A stretch of 32,000 nucleotides of DNA from Pseudothioglobus sp. nBUS_23 (GTDB lineage Bacteria > Pseudomonadota > Gammaproteobacteria > PS1 > Pseudothioglobaceae): the NCBI RefSeq assembly GCF_051201565.1, contig NZ_CP179200.1, positions 1,020,001-1,052,000 on the forward strand. Direction: 5' to 3'. The notes below the pieces were generated by a model. That model saw nothing but the letters and a program-made list of their open reading frames with translations, had not been told where the DNA came from and ran no database searches. The position numbers and the translations under genes are program-made. Below, piece by piece: positions 24,754 to 32,000 of this stretch (positions are counted from its first letter, which is position 1; the number at the start of each line of letters is the position of its first letter).

Positions 24754-25905
24754 TTGTCTATGAGATTAAACCCAAACATGAGAACAAGACAAATGCCAGA
24801 TAAAGCATTGCTGTCTTCTATTTTGGCTTTGTTAATTTTTGGGTGGCTCATGTCCTTTTCTGCTTCATTGGCTTATTTTTCTAGTTATTCATTTTTTTTC
24901 AAGCAGACTATATTTATCTGCGCTGGTTTGTTTGCAGGACTGATAATTTTGAATACTCCAATTTCAACCCTCCAAAAATACTCAATACCGCTATTCATTC
25001 TCTCTTTGATTCTTTTGACAGTCGTATTCTTTCCTCCACCAATTGGGCACACTGTTAACGGATCGACGAGATGGATTAATTTTGTTTTTTTTAAATTTCA
25101 ACCTTCAGAGTTAATGAAACTATCCATGGTTCTTTTTATGGCTGGTTTTTTAATTCGGCAAGAAAAAGATATTAGAAGGCCTTGGAAAGGGTTTCTTAAA
25201 ACACTGGTCATTATTGGTATAGCTGATTTTCTTTTGCTTTTAGAGACTGACTTTGGCGCAACCTTAATCATATCTTTAACTGCTCTAGCTATGCTTTATG
25301 CTGCTGGAGTTTTTTTAAAGCAACTTTCAATTATAACAGCTGGCTTATTTGCCTTCGTTGGTGTATTTATTTATCTTAATCCAAATCGAATTGCACGACT
25401 CACTTCCTTCTGGGTGGATGATTTTTGGGCCAGTAATGACGCTAAAGTTCATCAAACTCAGCAGGCATTAATTGGTATCGCAAGGGGGGATTGGTTTGGA
25501 ACTGGTATTGGTGCTGGAATCCAAAAATACTCTCTACTGCCTGAGCGACACACAGATATGATTTTTGCAGTCATAGGTGAAGAATTGGGAATTTTAGGGA
25601 TGATGTTTGTATTGCTATCCTTTTTGTTTATTTTGCTAAAGGGGTTTAAGATTGCAAAAGTTGCCCTTCAAAAAGGCAGGTATTACAGCTCCTATGTAGT
25701 TTTTGGGATATGTACCTGGTTCGCAATGCAAATCACGGTCAATATAGGAATGAATTTAGGTCTTTTGCCTCCGAAAGGATTTACATTGCCTCTTCTGAGC
25801 TATGGCGGGACATCTATGATATTTGCGATCATTTCTTTAGCCATTATTTTACGAGTAGATATGGAAAATAGGACTAAATACTCAAAGCAACGTCACTATG
25901 TCTAA
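24754..25905 (+). CDS. ftsW: Peptidoglycan glycosyltransferase FtsW (SEDS family)
   Basis: The 383-aa polytopic SEDS protein contains QPSE.MK, DFG and GEELG..G. I call it FtsW rather than RodA because murG follows with an 8-nt overlap. The track start at 24754 is TTG, and the ATG at 24760 is an equally plausible start. Confidence 0.85.
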   Translation: MSMRLNPNMRTRQMPDKALLSSILALLIFGWLMSFSASLAYFSSYSFFFKQTIFICAGLFAGLIILNTPISTLQKYSIPLFILSLILLTVVFFPPPIGHTVNGSTRWINFVFFKFQPSELMKLSMVLFMAGFLIRQEKDIRRPWKGFLKTLVIIGIADFLLLLETDFGATLIISLTALAMLYAAGVFLKQLSIITAGLFAFVGVFIYLNPNRIARLTSFWVDDFWASNDAKVHQTQQALIGIARGDWFGTGIGAGIQKYSLLPERHTDMIFAVIGEELGILGMMFVLLSFLFILLKGFKIAKVALQKGRYYSSYVVFGICTWFAMQITVNIGMNLGLLPPKGFTLPLLSYGGTSMIFAIISLAIILRVDMENRTKYSKQRHYV

Positions 25906-26923
25906 AAAGATTCTAATTATGGCTGGCGGCACTGGGGGTCATATTTTCCCGGCCCTTTCTATTGCTAAAGAGTTGTCAAAAAGGGGTGCAATAGTTGAGT
26001 GGCTTGGTGGCAGAAACTCTATGGAGAGCGACCTAGTTCCAAGGTATAAAATTAAATTTAATGGCGTCTTTTCTAGCGGAATTCGTGGAAAAAAATTAAT
26101 AACAATAATCAGGGCTTTATTTTTACTTAGTTTTGGGTTTATTCAGACTGTCATTGTCTTTATAAAATATAGGCCAAATGCGGTGATTGGTATGGGAGGT
26201 TATGTAACAGGAATCGGGGGCTTGATTGCAAAAATTTTTTTTGTACCTTTGTTTATTCATGAACAAAATACAATTCCAGGATCTACTAATAAACTTTTAA
26301 GCAAGATTTCAACGCTAAATTTTCAAGCATTCGAAAACTCCTTTTCTGAGGAAGTCAATGCTATTACAACTGGAAATCCTATTTTGTTTGAGCCAAATTC
26401 AAAAAAAGCAGTCTCAGAGGTCAAAAATCTACTTGTGCTTGGGGGCTCGCTAGGCGCAAAAAAAATAAACGAAGTGATTCCGCACATTAAAACTCCAATT
26501 AATATCTGGCATCAGACTGGAAAAAGTCATTTTGATGAAGTCAAGGCTTTGTATAGTAAGAGTGATCATCGCCAAGTAAAGTTGGATCCATTTATCTCCA
26601 ATATGAGTGAGGCTTACGCCTGGGCAGACCTAGTAGTATGCAGAGCAGGAGCCATGACTGTATCTGAATTAATCGCAACAAAGACAATTGCCATACTTAT
26701 TCCATTTCCTTATGCAATCGATAATCACCAAACTGTTAATGCTCAGTACTTAACTAAAAAAGAAGCAGGGATAATAATTGATGAGCAAAATCTCACACCT
26801 GAAGCGTTAGACGAGCAAATGTCTCAATTAGACTCAGAAAGGCTCAAGGAGATGAGTTTTAACCTTGGGTCACTTAAAGTGCTACATCCTGAGCGACTGA
26901 TTGCTGATTATCTTCTGAATTAA
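25898..26923 (+). CDS. murG: UDP-N-acetylglucosamine--N-acetylmuramyl-(pentapeptide) pyrophosphoryl-undecaprenol GlcNAc transferase
   Basis: The 341-aa ORF contains [30 protein letters not shown] and NA..L. Confidence 0.94.
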   Translation: MSKKILIMAGGTGGHIFPALSIAKELSKRGAIVEWLGGRNSMESDLVPRYKIKFNGVFSSGIRGKKLITIIRALFLLSFGFIQTVIVFIKYRPNAVIGMGGYVTGIGGLIAKIFFVPLFIHEQNTIPGSTNKLLSKISTLNFQAFENSFSEEVNAITTGNPILFEPNSKKAVSEVKNLLVLGGSLGAKKINEVIPHIKTPINIWHQTGKSHFDEVKALYSKSDHRQVKLDPFISNMSEAYAWADLVVCRAGAMTVSELIATKTIAILIPFPYAIDNHQTVNAQYLTKKEAGIIIDEQNLTPEALDEQMSQLDSERLKEMSFNLGSLKVLHPERLIADYLLN

Positions 26924-27854
26924 TGCCAAGGCGGCTAAAAAGAAGCTTGTCGTTAGCAACCGTTGGGTTGTCAGTAGTAAGAAGCTGTTCGCCGTAAAAA
27001 ATAGAATTAGCACCTGCAAAAAAGCATAGCGCCTGCATCCCTTCTCCCATATCCAGACGGCCAGCGGACAACCTAACAACAGAATTAGGCATCAAGATTC
27101 TTGCAACCGCGATGGTTCTTACAAACTCACTTTCACTAGGAGGCTTTACATTCTCAAATGGCGTTCCGGGAATTGGAACAAGCAAGTTAATTGGGACACT
27201 GTCTGGGTGCTTTTCAAGGTTAGCCAAAGATTGAAGCATTGAAGCTCTGTCAGTCTCTGTTTCTCCCATCCCAAGAATACCACCACTACAAACGTTAATA
27301 TTGGCATTCTTAACAGCTTCTAAGGTATCCAGTCTGTCTTGGAATTGGCGTGTAGTTACAACATTAGAGTAATTTTCTTTAGATGTATCAATATTATGGT
27401 TGTAATAGTCAAGTCCAGCATCTTTAAGAACTGCTGCTTGCTTAGGAGATAACATGCCGAGAGTCACGCAAGTCTCCATGCCCATTGCTTTGACCCCTTG
27501 AATCATCGGAATCACTTTGTCTAGGCTTTTATCTGTCGGATTTCTCCATGCTGCACCCATACAAAAACGAGTCGCACCTTTGTTTTTAGCATTTTGAGCT
27601 TGTTGAAGAACTTCCTCAACCTCCATCAATTTTTCACGCTCTAAACCAGTATCATATTTGGAGCTTTGCGAGCAGTATGAACAATCCTCAGGACAAGCAC
27701 CAGTTTTGATATTCAATAATGAACTCACTTGAACTTTATTTGGGTCAAATGTTTCTCTATGAATCGAGTGCGCCTTAAATAGAAGGTCATTAAAGGGAAG
27801 CTCAAAAAGAGCTTTAATTTCACCTATTTGCCAATCATTTCTGAGTTCAATCAT
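26874..27854 (-). CDS. bioB: Biotin synthase (radical SAM)
   Basis: The 326-aa ORF carries the radical-SAM motif CPEDCSYC and is collinear with BioB ([24 protein letters not shown]). Its 3' end overlaps the murG 3' end by 50 nt in convergent orientation. Confidence 0.95.
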   Translation of the reverse strand: MIELRNDWQIGEIKALFELPFNDLLFKAHSIHRETFDPNKVQVSSLLNIKTGACPEDCSYCSQSSKYDTGLEREKLMEVEEVLQQAQNAKNKGATRFCMGAAWRNPTDKSLDKVIPMIQGVKAMGMETCVTLGMLSPKQAAVLKDAGLDYYNHNIDTSKENYSNVVTTRQFQDRLDTLEAVKNANINVCSGGILGMGETETDRASMLQSLANLEKHPDSVPINLLVPIPGTPFENVKPPSESEFVRTIAVARILMPNSVVRLSAGRLDMGEGMQALCFFAGANSIFYGEQLLTTDNPTVANDKLLFSRLGINSEDNQQSVAQDVAL

Positions 27855-27923
27855 CTTTGTTCTAAAAAAATAAATTTAATTATGATGTATTTTAACGTAT
27901 CCATAAAGTTATGAATAGATTAT

Positions 27924-27954
27924 AAAAAAGCCGCACAGAGCGCGGCTTTTTTTT
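27924..27954 (-). terminator. Intrinsic terminator after glnA (symmetrical A/T tracts, potentially bidirectional)
   Basis: The sequence is AAAAAA-GCCGC-acagagc-GCGGC-TTTTTTTT, starting 19 nt downstream of the glnA stop. On the minus-strand transcript the GC stem is followed by a U-run. Confidence 0.8.
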
Positions 27955-27972
27955 ATTTTTTATTTATTACCA

Positions 27973-29379
27973 TTAACAACTGTAATATAAATCAAACTCA
28001 AGTGGTTGAGGTGACGCTCTCATAGCAGTAACCTCTTGCATCTTAAGATCTATGAATGAATCAATCACTTCATCAGTGAATACTCCACCTTCCTTAAGAA
28101 AATCACGATCTTTGTCGAGCTCTTCAAGAGCGATATGAAGCATACCACTAACCTTAGGAATGGACCCATCACTGTCTTCATATAAATCCTGATCAGCTGG
28201 CTCACCCGGATGTATCTTGTTTTTAATTCCATCAAGCCCTGCCATTAGAAGTGCTGCAAAGGCAAGATATGGATTCGCTGTTGAATCTGGAAAGCGCACT
28301 TCAATTCTGCGCCCCTTAGGATTAGAAACGAATGGAATTCTTATCGCAGCAGAACGATTCTTTGCTGAATAAGCAAGCATTTCTGGAGCTTCAAAACCAG
28401 GTACTAATCGCTTATATGAATTAGTAGATGGATTTGTAAAAGCGTTTAATGCTTTTGCATGTTTAATAACACCACCAATGTAGTAAAGCGCTGTTTCACT
28501 TAAGTTTCCGTAGCCGTCACCGTCAAATAAATTTTTACCATCTTTCGCAATTGACATATGAACATGCATGCCGTTTCCATTATCAACAGCAATTGGCTTT
28601 GGCATAAATGTTGCAGTCTTTCCATATAAATGAGCTACATTATGAACACAGTATTTTAGAATCTGAGTCTCATCAGCCTTCTTAACTAGAGTATTAAATA
28701 ACGCTCCAATTTCACATTGTCCAGCTGTTCCAACCTCGTGATGGTGAACCTCTGTAGTAACGCCCATCTCTTCAATTGCTAAACACATCTGAGAGCGAAG
28801 ATCATGCAATGAGTCTACTGGAGGTACAGGGAAATAGCCACCTTTAACTCTTGGGCGATGACCTTTGTTACCACCTTCCATATCCTCACCAGAACTCCAT
28901 GCAGCCTCTTCAGAGTTAATCTCAAAGAAAGCCTTTCCCATTCCGTGACCTGTATCCCACTTCACGCTATCAAATACAAAAAATTCAGGTTCATTACCAA
29001 AATAAGCTGTGTCGCCAATCCCTGAATCCTTCAGGTATGCTTCTGCTCTATGAGCAATAGAGCGAGGGTCTTTAACATATCCCTTCATGTCTGAAGGCTC
29101 AATGATATTACAACGGATATTGAGTGTTACCTCTTCAGTAAAAGGATCAATGATTGCGGTATCACAATCAGGCATAAGAATCATGTCAGACTCGTTAATA
29201 TCTTTCCAGCCAGCAATTGAAGATCCATCAAACATCTGTCCTTCTTCAAGCTTTTCAGCATCAACTGTATGAGCTGGAACACTAACGTGCTGCTCTTTTC
29301 CTTTTGTATCAGTAAAACGAAAATCTATAAACTTTACGCTTTGCTCTTCAATCGTTTTCATTACATCTTTTGCAGACAT
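27973..29379 (-). CDS. glnA: Glutamine synthetase type I
   Basis: The 468-aa ORF contains FDGSSI, KP..G.NG.GMH.H.S and NPY. The adenylylation-site context DLYE is present. An AGGGAG Shine-Dalgarno sequence lies upstream. Confidence 0.96.
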   Translation of the reverse strand: MSAKDVMKTIEEQSVKFIDFRFTDTKGKEQHVSVPAHTVDAEKLEEGQMFDGSSIAGWKDINESDMILMPDCDTAIIDPFTEEVTLNIRCNIIEPSDMKGYVKDPRSIAHRAEAYLKDSGIGDTAYFGNEPEFFVFDSVKWDTGHGMGKAFFEINSEEAAWSSGEDMEGGNKGHRPRVKGGYFPVPPVDSLHDLRSQMCLAIEEMGVTTEVHHHEVGTAGQCEIGALFNTLVKKADETQILKYCVHNVAHLYGKTATFMPKPIAVDNGNGMHVHMSIAKDGKNLFDGDGYGNLSETALYYIGGVIKHAKALNAFTNPSTNSYKRLVPGFEAPEMLAYSAKNRSAAIRIPFVSNPKGRRIEVRFPDSTANPYLAFAALLMAGLDGIKNKIHPGEPADQDLYEDSDGSIPKVSGMLHIALEELDKDRDFLKEGGVFTDEVIDSFIDLKMQEVTAMRASPQPLEFDLYYSC

Positions 29380-29554
29380 AGCTATACTCCCTATAAATAA
29401 TAGTAAATTTAAAAAATGACAGGCATTGTCAGAAGTCTGCGCCGTTGCAAACGATATGTTGTATCTAAACAGAACAACAAAAGATATTTCAGCGTGGATT
29501 ATATCCTAGTTTTAAAAGCTTTTCACTAGAAAATAATTCAACCGTAGTTGATAT

Positions 29555-30457
29555 CTATGAAATCCAATTTCTAGGCTTCAAAAAGTAATTCGTTAGTTTT
29601 TCCTCTTCACTATTGGGAGCTATATTGAATTGATAAGCCCACTGAACTTTTGGTGGAAGTGACATCAAAATTGATTCAGTCCTACCTCCACTTTGAAGGC
29701 CAAACAAAGTTCCTCTATCCTGAACTAAATTAAATTCGACGTATCGGCCTCGCCTGTAAAGCTGAAACTCTTTTTGCTTTTCTGTATATGGTGTTTCTTG
29801 TCTTTTAAGGACGATCGGTTTATATGCTTTAACAAAATGGTTTCCGACACTTTTCATAAAATCAAAGCAATAATCAAACCCGCCTTCATTTAGGTCATCG
29901 AAAAATAGTCCGCCTATGCCACGCTGCTCATCTCTATGGCTCAAATAAAAATAGTCATCGCACCACTTTTTATAATTTTCATAAACCTTTTCTCCAAAAG
30001 GTTTACAAGCCTGATGAGCGGTCTTATGCCAATGAATTGCGTCCTCCTCAAATCCATAGTATGGTGTCAAGTCAAAGCCTCCACCAAACCACCACAAAGG
30101 CTCTTCGCCTTCATTTTCAGCTATAAAGAAGCGGACATTTGAATGTGTAGTTGGAACAAATGGATTTTCAGGATGGAACACAACAGAAATGCCCAGCGCT
30201 GTATACTTTCTACCCTCTAGCTCAGGCCTGAGCTGTGTTGCTGATTTGGGCATCTTGTCGCCACTAATAATTGAGAAGTTGACGCCGCCTTTTTCAAATA
30301 GACTACCATTAGAGATGACTCGAGTGATTCCACTTCCTCGTCCGTCATCTCTCTCCCATACATCATTATCAAAGCTTGATTTTGAGTCTAAATTTCCAAA
30401 TTCTTCGCAAATATCATTTTGAAGATTTAATAGATACTTTTTAACTTGTTCTATCAT
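29555..30457 (-). CDS. hemF: Oxygen-dependent coproporphyrinogen-III oxidase
   Basis: The 300-aa ORF contains FEK.GVN.S...G, HP.NP..PT.H.N.R, WWFGGG.DLTP, RGIGG.FFDD and [17 protein letters not shown]. Confidence 0.95.
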   Translation of the reverse strand: MIEQVKKYLLNLQNDICEEFGNLDSKSSFDNDVWERDDGRGSGITRVISNGSLFEKGGVNFSIISGDKMPKSATQLRPELEGRKYTALGISVVFHPENPFVPTTHSNVRFFIAENEGEEPLWWFGGGFDLTPYYGFEEDAIHWHKTAHQACKPFGEKVYENYKKWCDDYFYLSHRDEQRGIGGLFFDDLNEGGFDYCFDFMKSVGNHFVKAYKPIVLKRQETPYTEKQKEFQLYRRGRYVEFNLVQDRGTLFGLQSGGRTESILMSLPPKVQWAYQFNIAPNSEEEKLTNYFLKPRNWIS

Positions 30458-30509
30458 TTTTTTTAGTTTATAAAAATTAAGCGTTTGTCATTTAAATGAA
30501 TTTAAGTGT

Positions 30510-31061
30510 TTACCTTAAACGCTCCCCAGTCATTAAATTAATGATCTTTGAAGGTTCAGAATTATACCCAGTAGGAGGCAATACATAGTCTAGCTGATTA
30601 CCAAAGTAGCTTTTTAATTCGCGCTGAGTTGAGGCAGCTTTTTTGCCTTGTAGATTTGCACTTGTTGAAATCAGAGCCGACTCAGTTTCCTCACAAAAAA
30701 ACTTAATCAAAGGATTGGAAGTAATTCTCACAGCCAAAAGTTCATTTCCACCAGCTAATAATGGGGGCAATTCCTCTGACTTTGGCACTAAAAAAGTCGT
30801 TGGACTTTCTGTAGGTAATGATAGCTGCTCTAAGAGATCTTCACTTATTTGAGAATCAATATAGGGCAGTAGGTAACCAATGTCAGAGGCAAGCAGAATG
30901 AAACCTTTGCTAATATCTCTTTTCTTTAGTTCGATAATCTTTTGAATTCCAAATGAGTTATTAGCGAGACACCCAAGACCATAGATAGTATCCGTTGGAT
31001 GGGCTATAACTCCTTTTCTTAGATGATGGAGTGCCAGTCTAATTCTAGTATTGACTATCAT
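30510..31061 (-). CDS. tsaC: L-threonylcarbamoyladenylate synthase type 1 (YrdC/Sua5 family)
   Basis: The 183-aa single-domain YrdC-family ORF contains IAHPTDTIYGLGC, LLA.RIT and STSANL.G. Its ATG overlaps the xerC stop by 4 nt. Confidence 0.85.
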   Translation of the reverse strand: MIVNTRIRLALHHLRKGVIAHPTDTIYGLGCLANNSFGIQKIIELKKRDISKGFILLASDIGYLLPYIDSQISEDLLEQLSLPTESPTTFLVPKSEELPPLLAGGNELLAVRITSNPLIKFFCEETESALISTSANLQGKKAASTQRELKSYFGNQLDYVLPPTGYNSEPSKIINLMTGERLR

Positions 31062-31972
31062 TTTTTGGCTCTTGGATGAAACTCATCATAAACTTTCGAT
31101 AATTCAAGAAAATCTAAGTGGGTATAGACCTGGGTACTTTTAATGCTCTTGTGCCCTAAAAACTCTTGAACAGTCCTCAAGTCATGACTTGACTGCAAGA
31201 AATGTGTGGCTGCTGCATGTCTTAGCAAATGTGGATGAACATTGATTGAGACACCTACTTGGAGGGCCCTTTTTTTAACAACATTTTGAACGGTTCTTGT
31301 TGAAATTCTTGTGTTTTTTTGATTAATGAATAAGGCATCTGAATTGCAGGTCGGCCTCTGTTTAATATAACGCTTCAAAACATCAATTGTTGTTTGGCCC
31401 ATTGGAGAAAATCGAGCCTTATTGCCTTTACCAATGACCTTTACAAAACCCTCATTCATATCAATATCTTCAAGATTTATTCCGACAAGCTCTGATACTC
31501 TGAGTGCACATGAATATAGCAACTCAATCATCAATACCGATCTTAACTCCTTATATTGAGATGAATTAATTGTCATCATTTTTTTTAAGTCATCAAAGTC
31601 GATAGTTTTCGGAAGCTCACGCTCCACTTTTGGTGTTTTAATTAAGAGGGCAGAATTTGTTTCTACTTCACCAATCTCCATAAGAAATGCAAAGAAAACT
31701 CTGATTGAGGACAAGTATCTTTTAATTGATTTTCCTGATGTGTTGCTATGCCTTAACTCCATGACAAACATATTAAGAGTATCAGGGTCAACCATTTTGT
31801 AATCAGAGACCTCTTTATCAATTAGAAATGATGTAAATTTCAATAAGTCTCTTTTGTAAGATGAAATTGTATTTAATGCATAGTTTTTTTCGATACTCAA
31901 GTGCCCAACAAAATCTTCAATTTGTTTCGATAAAATTACGTTTTTGTACTTGTTTTTTTCGTGATTGACCAT
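31058..31972 (-). CDS. xerC: Tyrosine site-specific recombinase XerC
   Basis: The 304-aa ORF has the catalytic R...HxxR...Y motifs (ALRVSEL; HPHLLRHAAATHFL; GHKSIKSTQVYTH). The C-terminal tail THLDFLELSKVYDEFHPRAKK closely matches the E. coli XerC tail ([21 protein letters not shown]) as I recall it. Confidence 0.85.
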   Translation of the reverse strand: MVNHEKNKYKNVILSKQIEDFVGHLSIEKNYALNTISSYKRDLLKFTSFLIDKEVSDYKMVDPDTLNMFVMELRHSNTSGKSIKRYLSSIRVFFAFLMEIGEVETNSALLIKTPKVERELPKTIDFDDLKKMMTINSSQYKELRSVLMIELLYSCALRVSELVGINLEDIDMNEGFVKVIGKGNKARFSPMGQTTIDVLKRYIKQRPTCNSDALFINQKNTRISTRTVQNVVKKRALQVGVSINVHPHLLRHAAATHFLQSSHDLRTVQEFLGHKSIKSTQVYTHLDFLELSKVYDEFHPRAKK

Positions 31973-32000
31973 ATCTTTACATTTTACGTTAAACGATAGG

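Noticed and set aside
27855-27923. A possible BirA/bio operator upstream of bioB.
   Set aside because: Only a 5-bp TTATG...CATAA inverted repeat is present. Nothing resembles a long bio-operator-type palindrome.
29380-29554. I looked for a sigma54 (TGGCAC-N5-TTGCA) glnAp2 promoter and NtrC sites upstream of glnA. I also noted a TGACA-N5-TGTCA inverted repeat at 29417-29431.
   Set aside because: There is no GG-N10-GC match with correct spacing on the glnA strand. The TTGCA at ~29445 lacks a -24 element. The 5-bp inverted repeat is too short to be meaningful on its own.
31058-31972. The tyrosine recombinase as a marker of an integrated mobile element or genomic island.
   Set aside because: Its C-terminal tail matches chromosomal XerC. 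It is translationally coupled to tsaC among housekeeping genes. No flanking tRNA, direct repeats, phage genes or transposase genes are present in the window.
1-32000. I scanned the window for CRISPR arrays, tandem or dispersed repeats, tRNA/rRNA genes, toxin-antitoxin pairs and defence-island-like gene sets.
   Set aside because: By eye I found no repeated spacer-repeat periodicity, no cloverleaf-like GC-rich segments in the intergenic regions, and no ORFs outside recognisable metabolic or housekeeping families other than the DUF924 gene. An exhaustive repeat search would need computation.

Overview
This is an AT-rich, very tightly packed bacterial chromosome segment. Many genes overlap by 1-11 nt, and there are no tRNA/rRNA genes, CRISPR arrays, transposases or prophage signatures. 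The synteny looks gammaproteobacterial (ribE-ribBX-ribH-nusB, ybiT, ftsW-murG, bioB, glnA, hemF, tsaC, and a xerC with an E. coli-like C-terminus). A streamlined marine gammaproteobacterium is my guess only. The left ~20 kb is one contiguous organosulfonate/C2 assimilation region with three parts. (1) A glyoxylate-shunt unit: iclR (divergent, truncated at the window edge), aceA-aceK-(RraA-family gene)-glcB, and a glcG/DUF336 gene. (2) A taurine catabolic operon, tpa-ald-xsc-(DUF924), on the minus strand, divergent from tauR (MocR type)-tauE on the plus strand. (3) A tauA-tauB-tauC uptake operon that carries an 822-aa dimethylglycine-dehydrogenase-family flavoenzyme as its last gene. The right ~12 kb is housekeeping. 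The most interesting items are non-canonical members embedded in otherwise textbook operons. These are the DMGDH-like gene on tauABC, the RraA/HMG-aldolase-family gene translationally coupled between aceK and glcB, a DUF924 gene where pta normally follows xsc, and a TauC permease with a ~125-aa periplasmic insertion that looks like a cadherin/Ig-type beta-sandwich. All functional calls rest on my reading of the supplied translations (motifs, recalled homologues, gene context). No database search was run.
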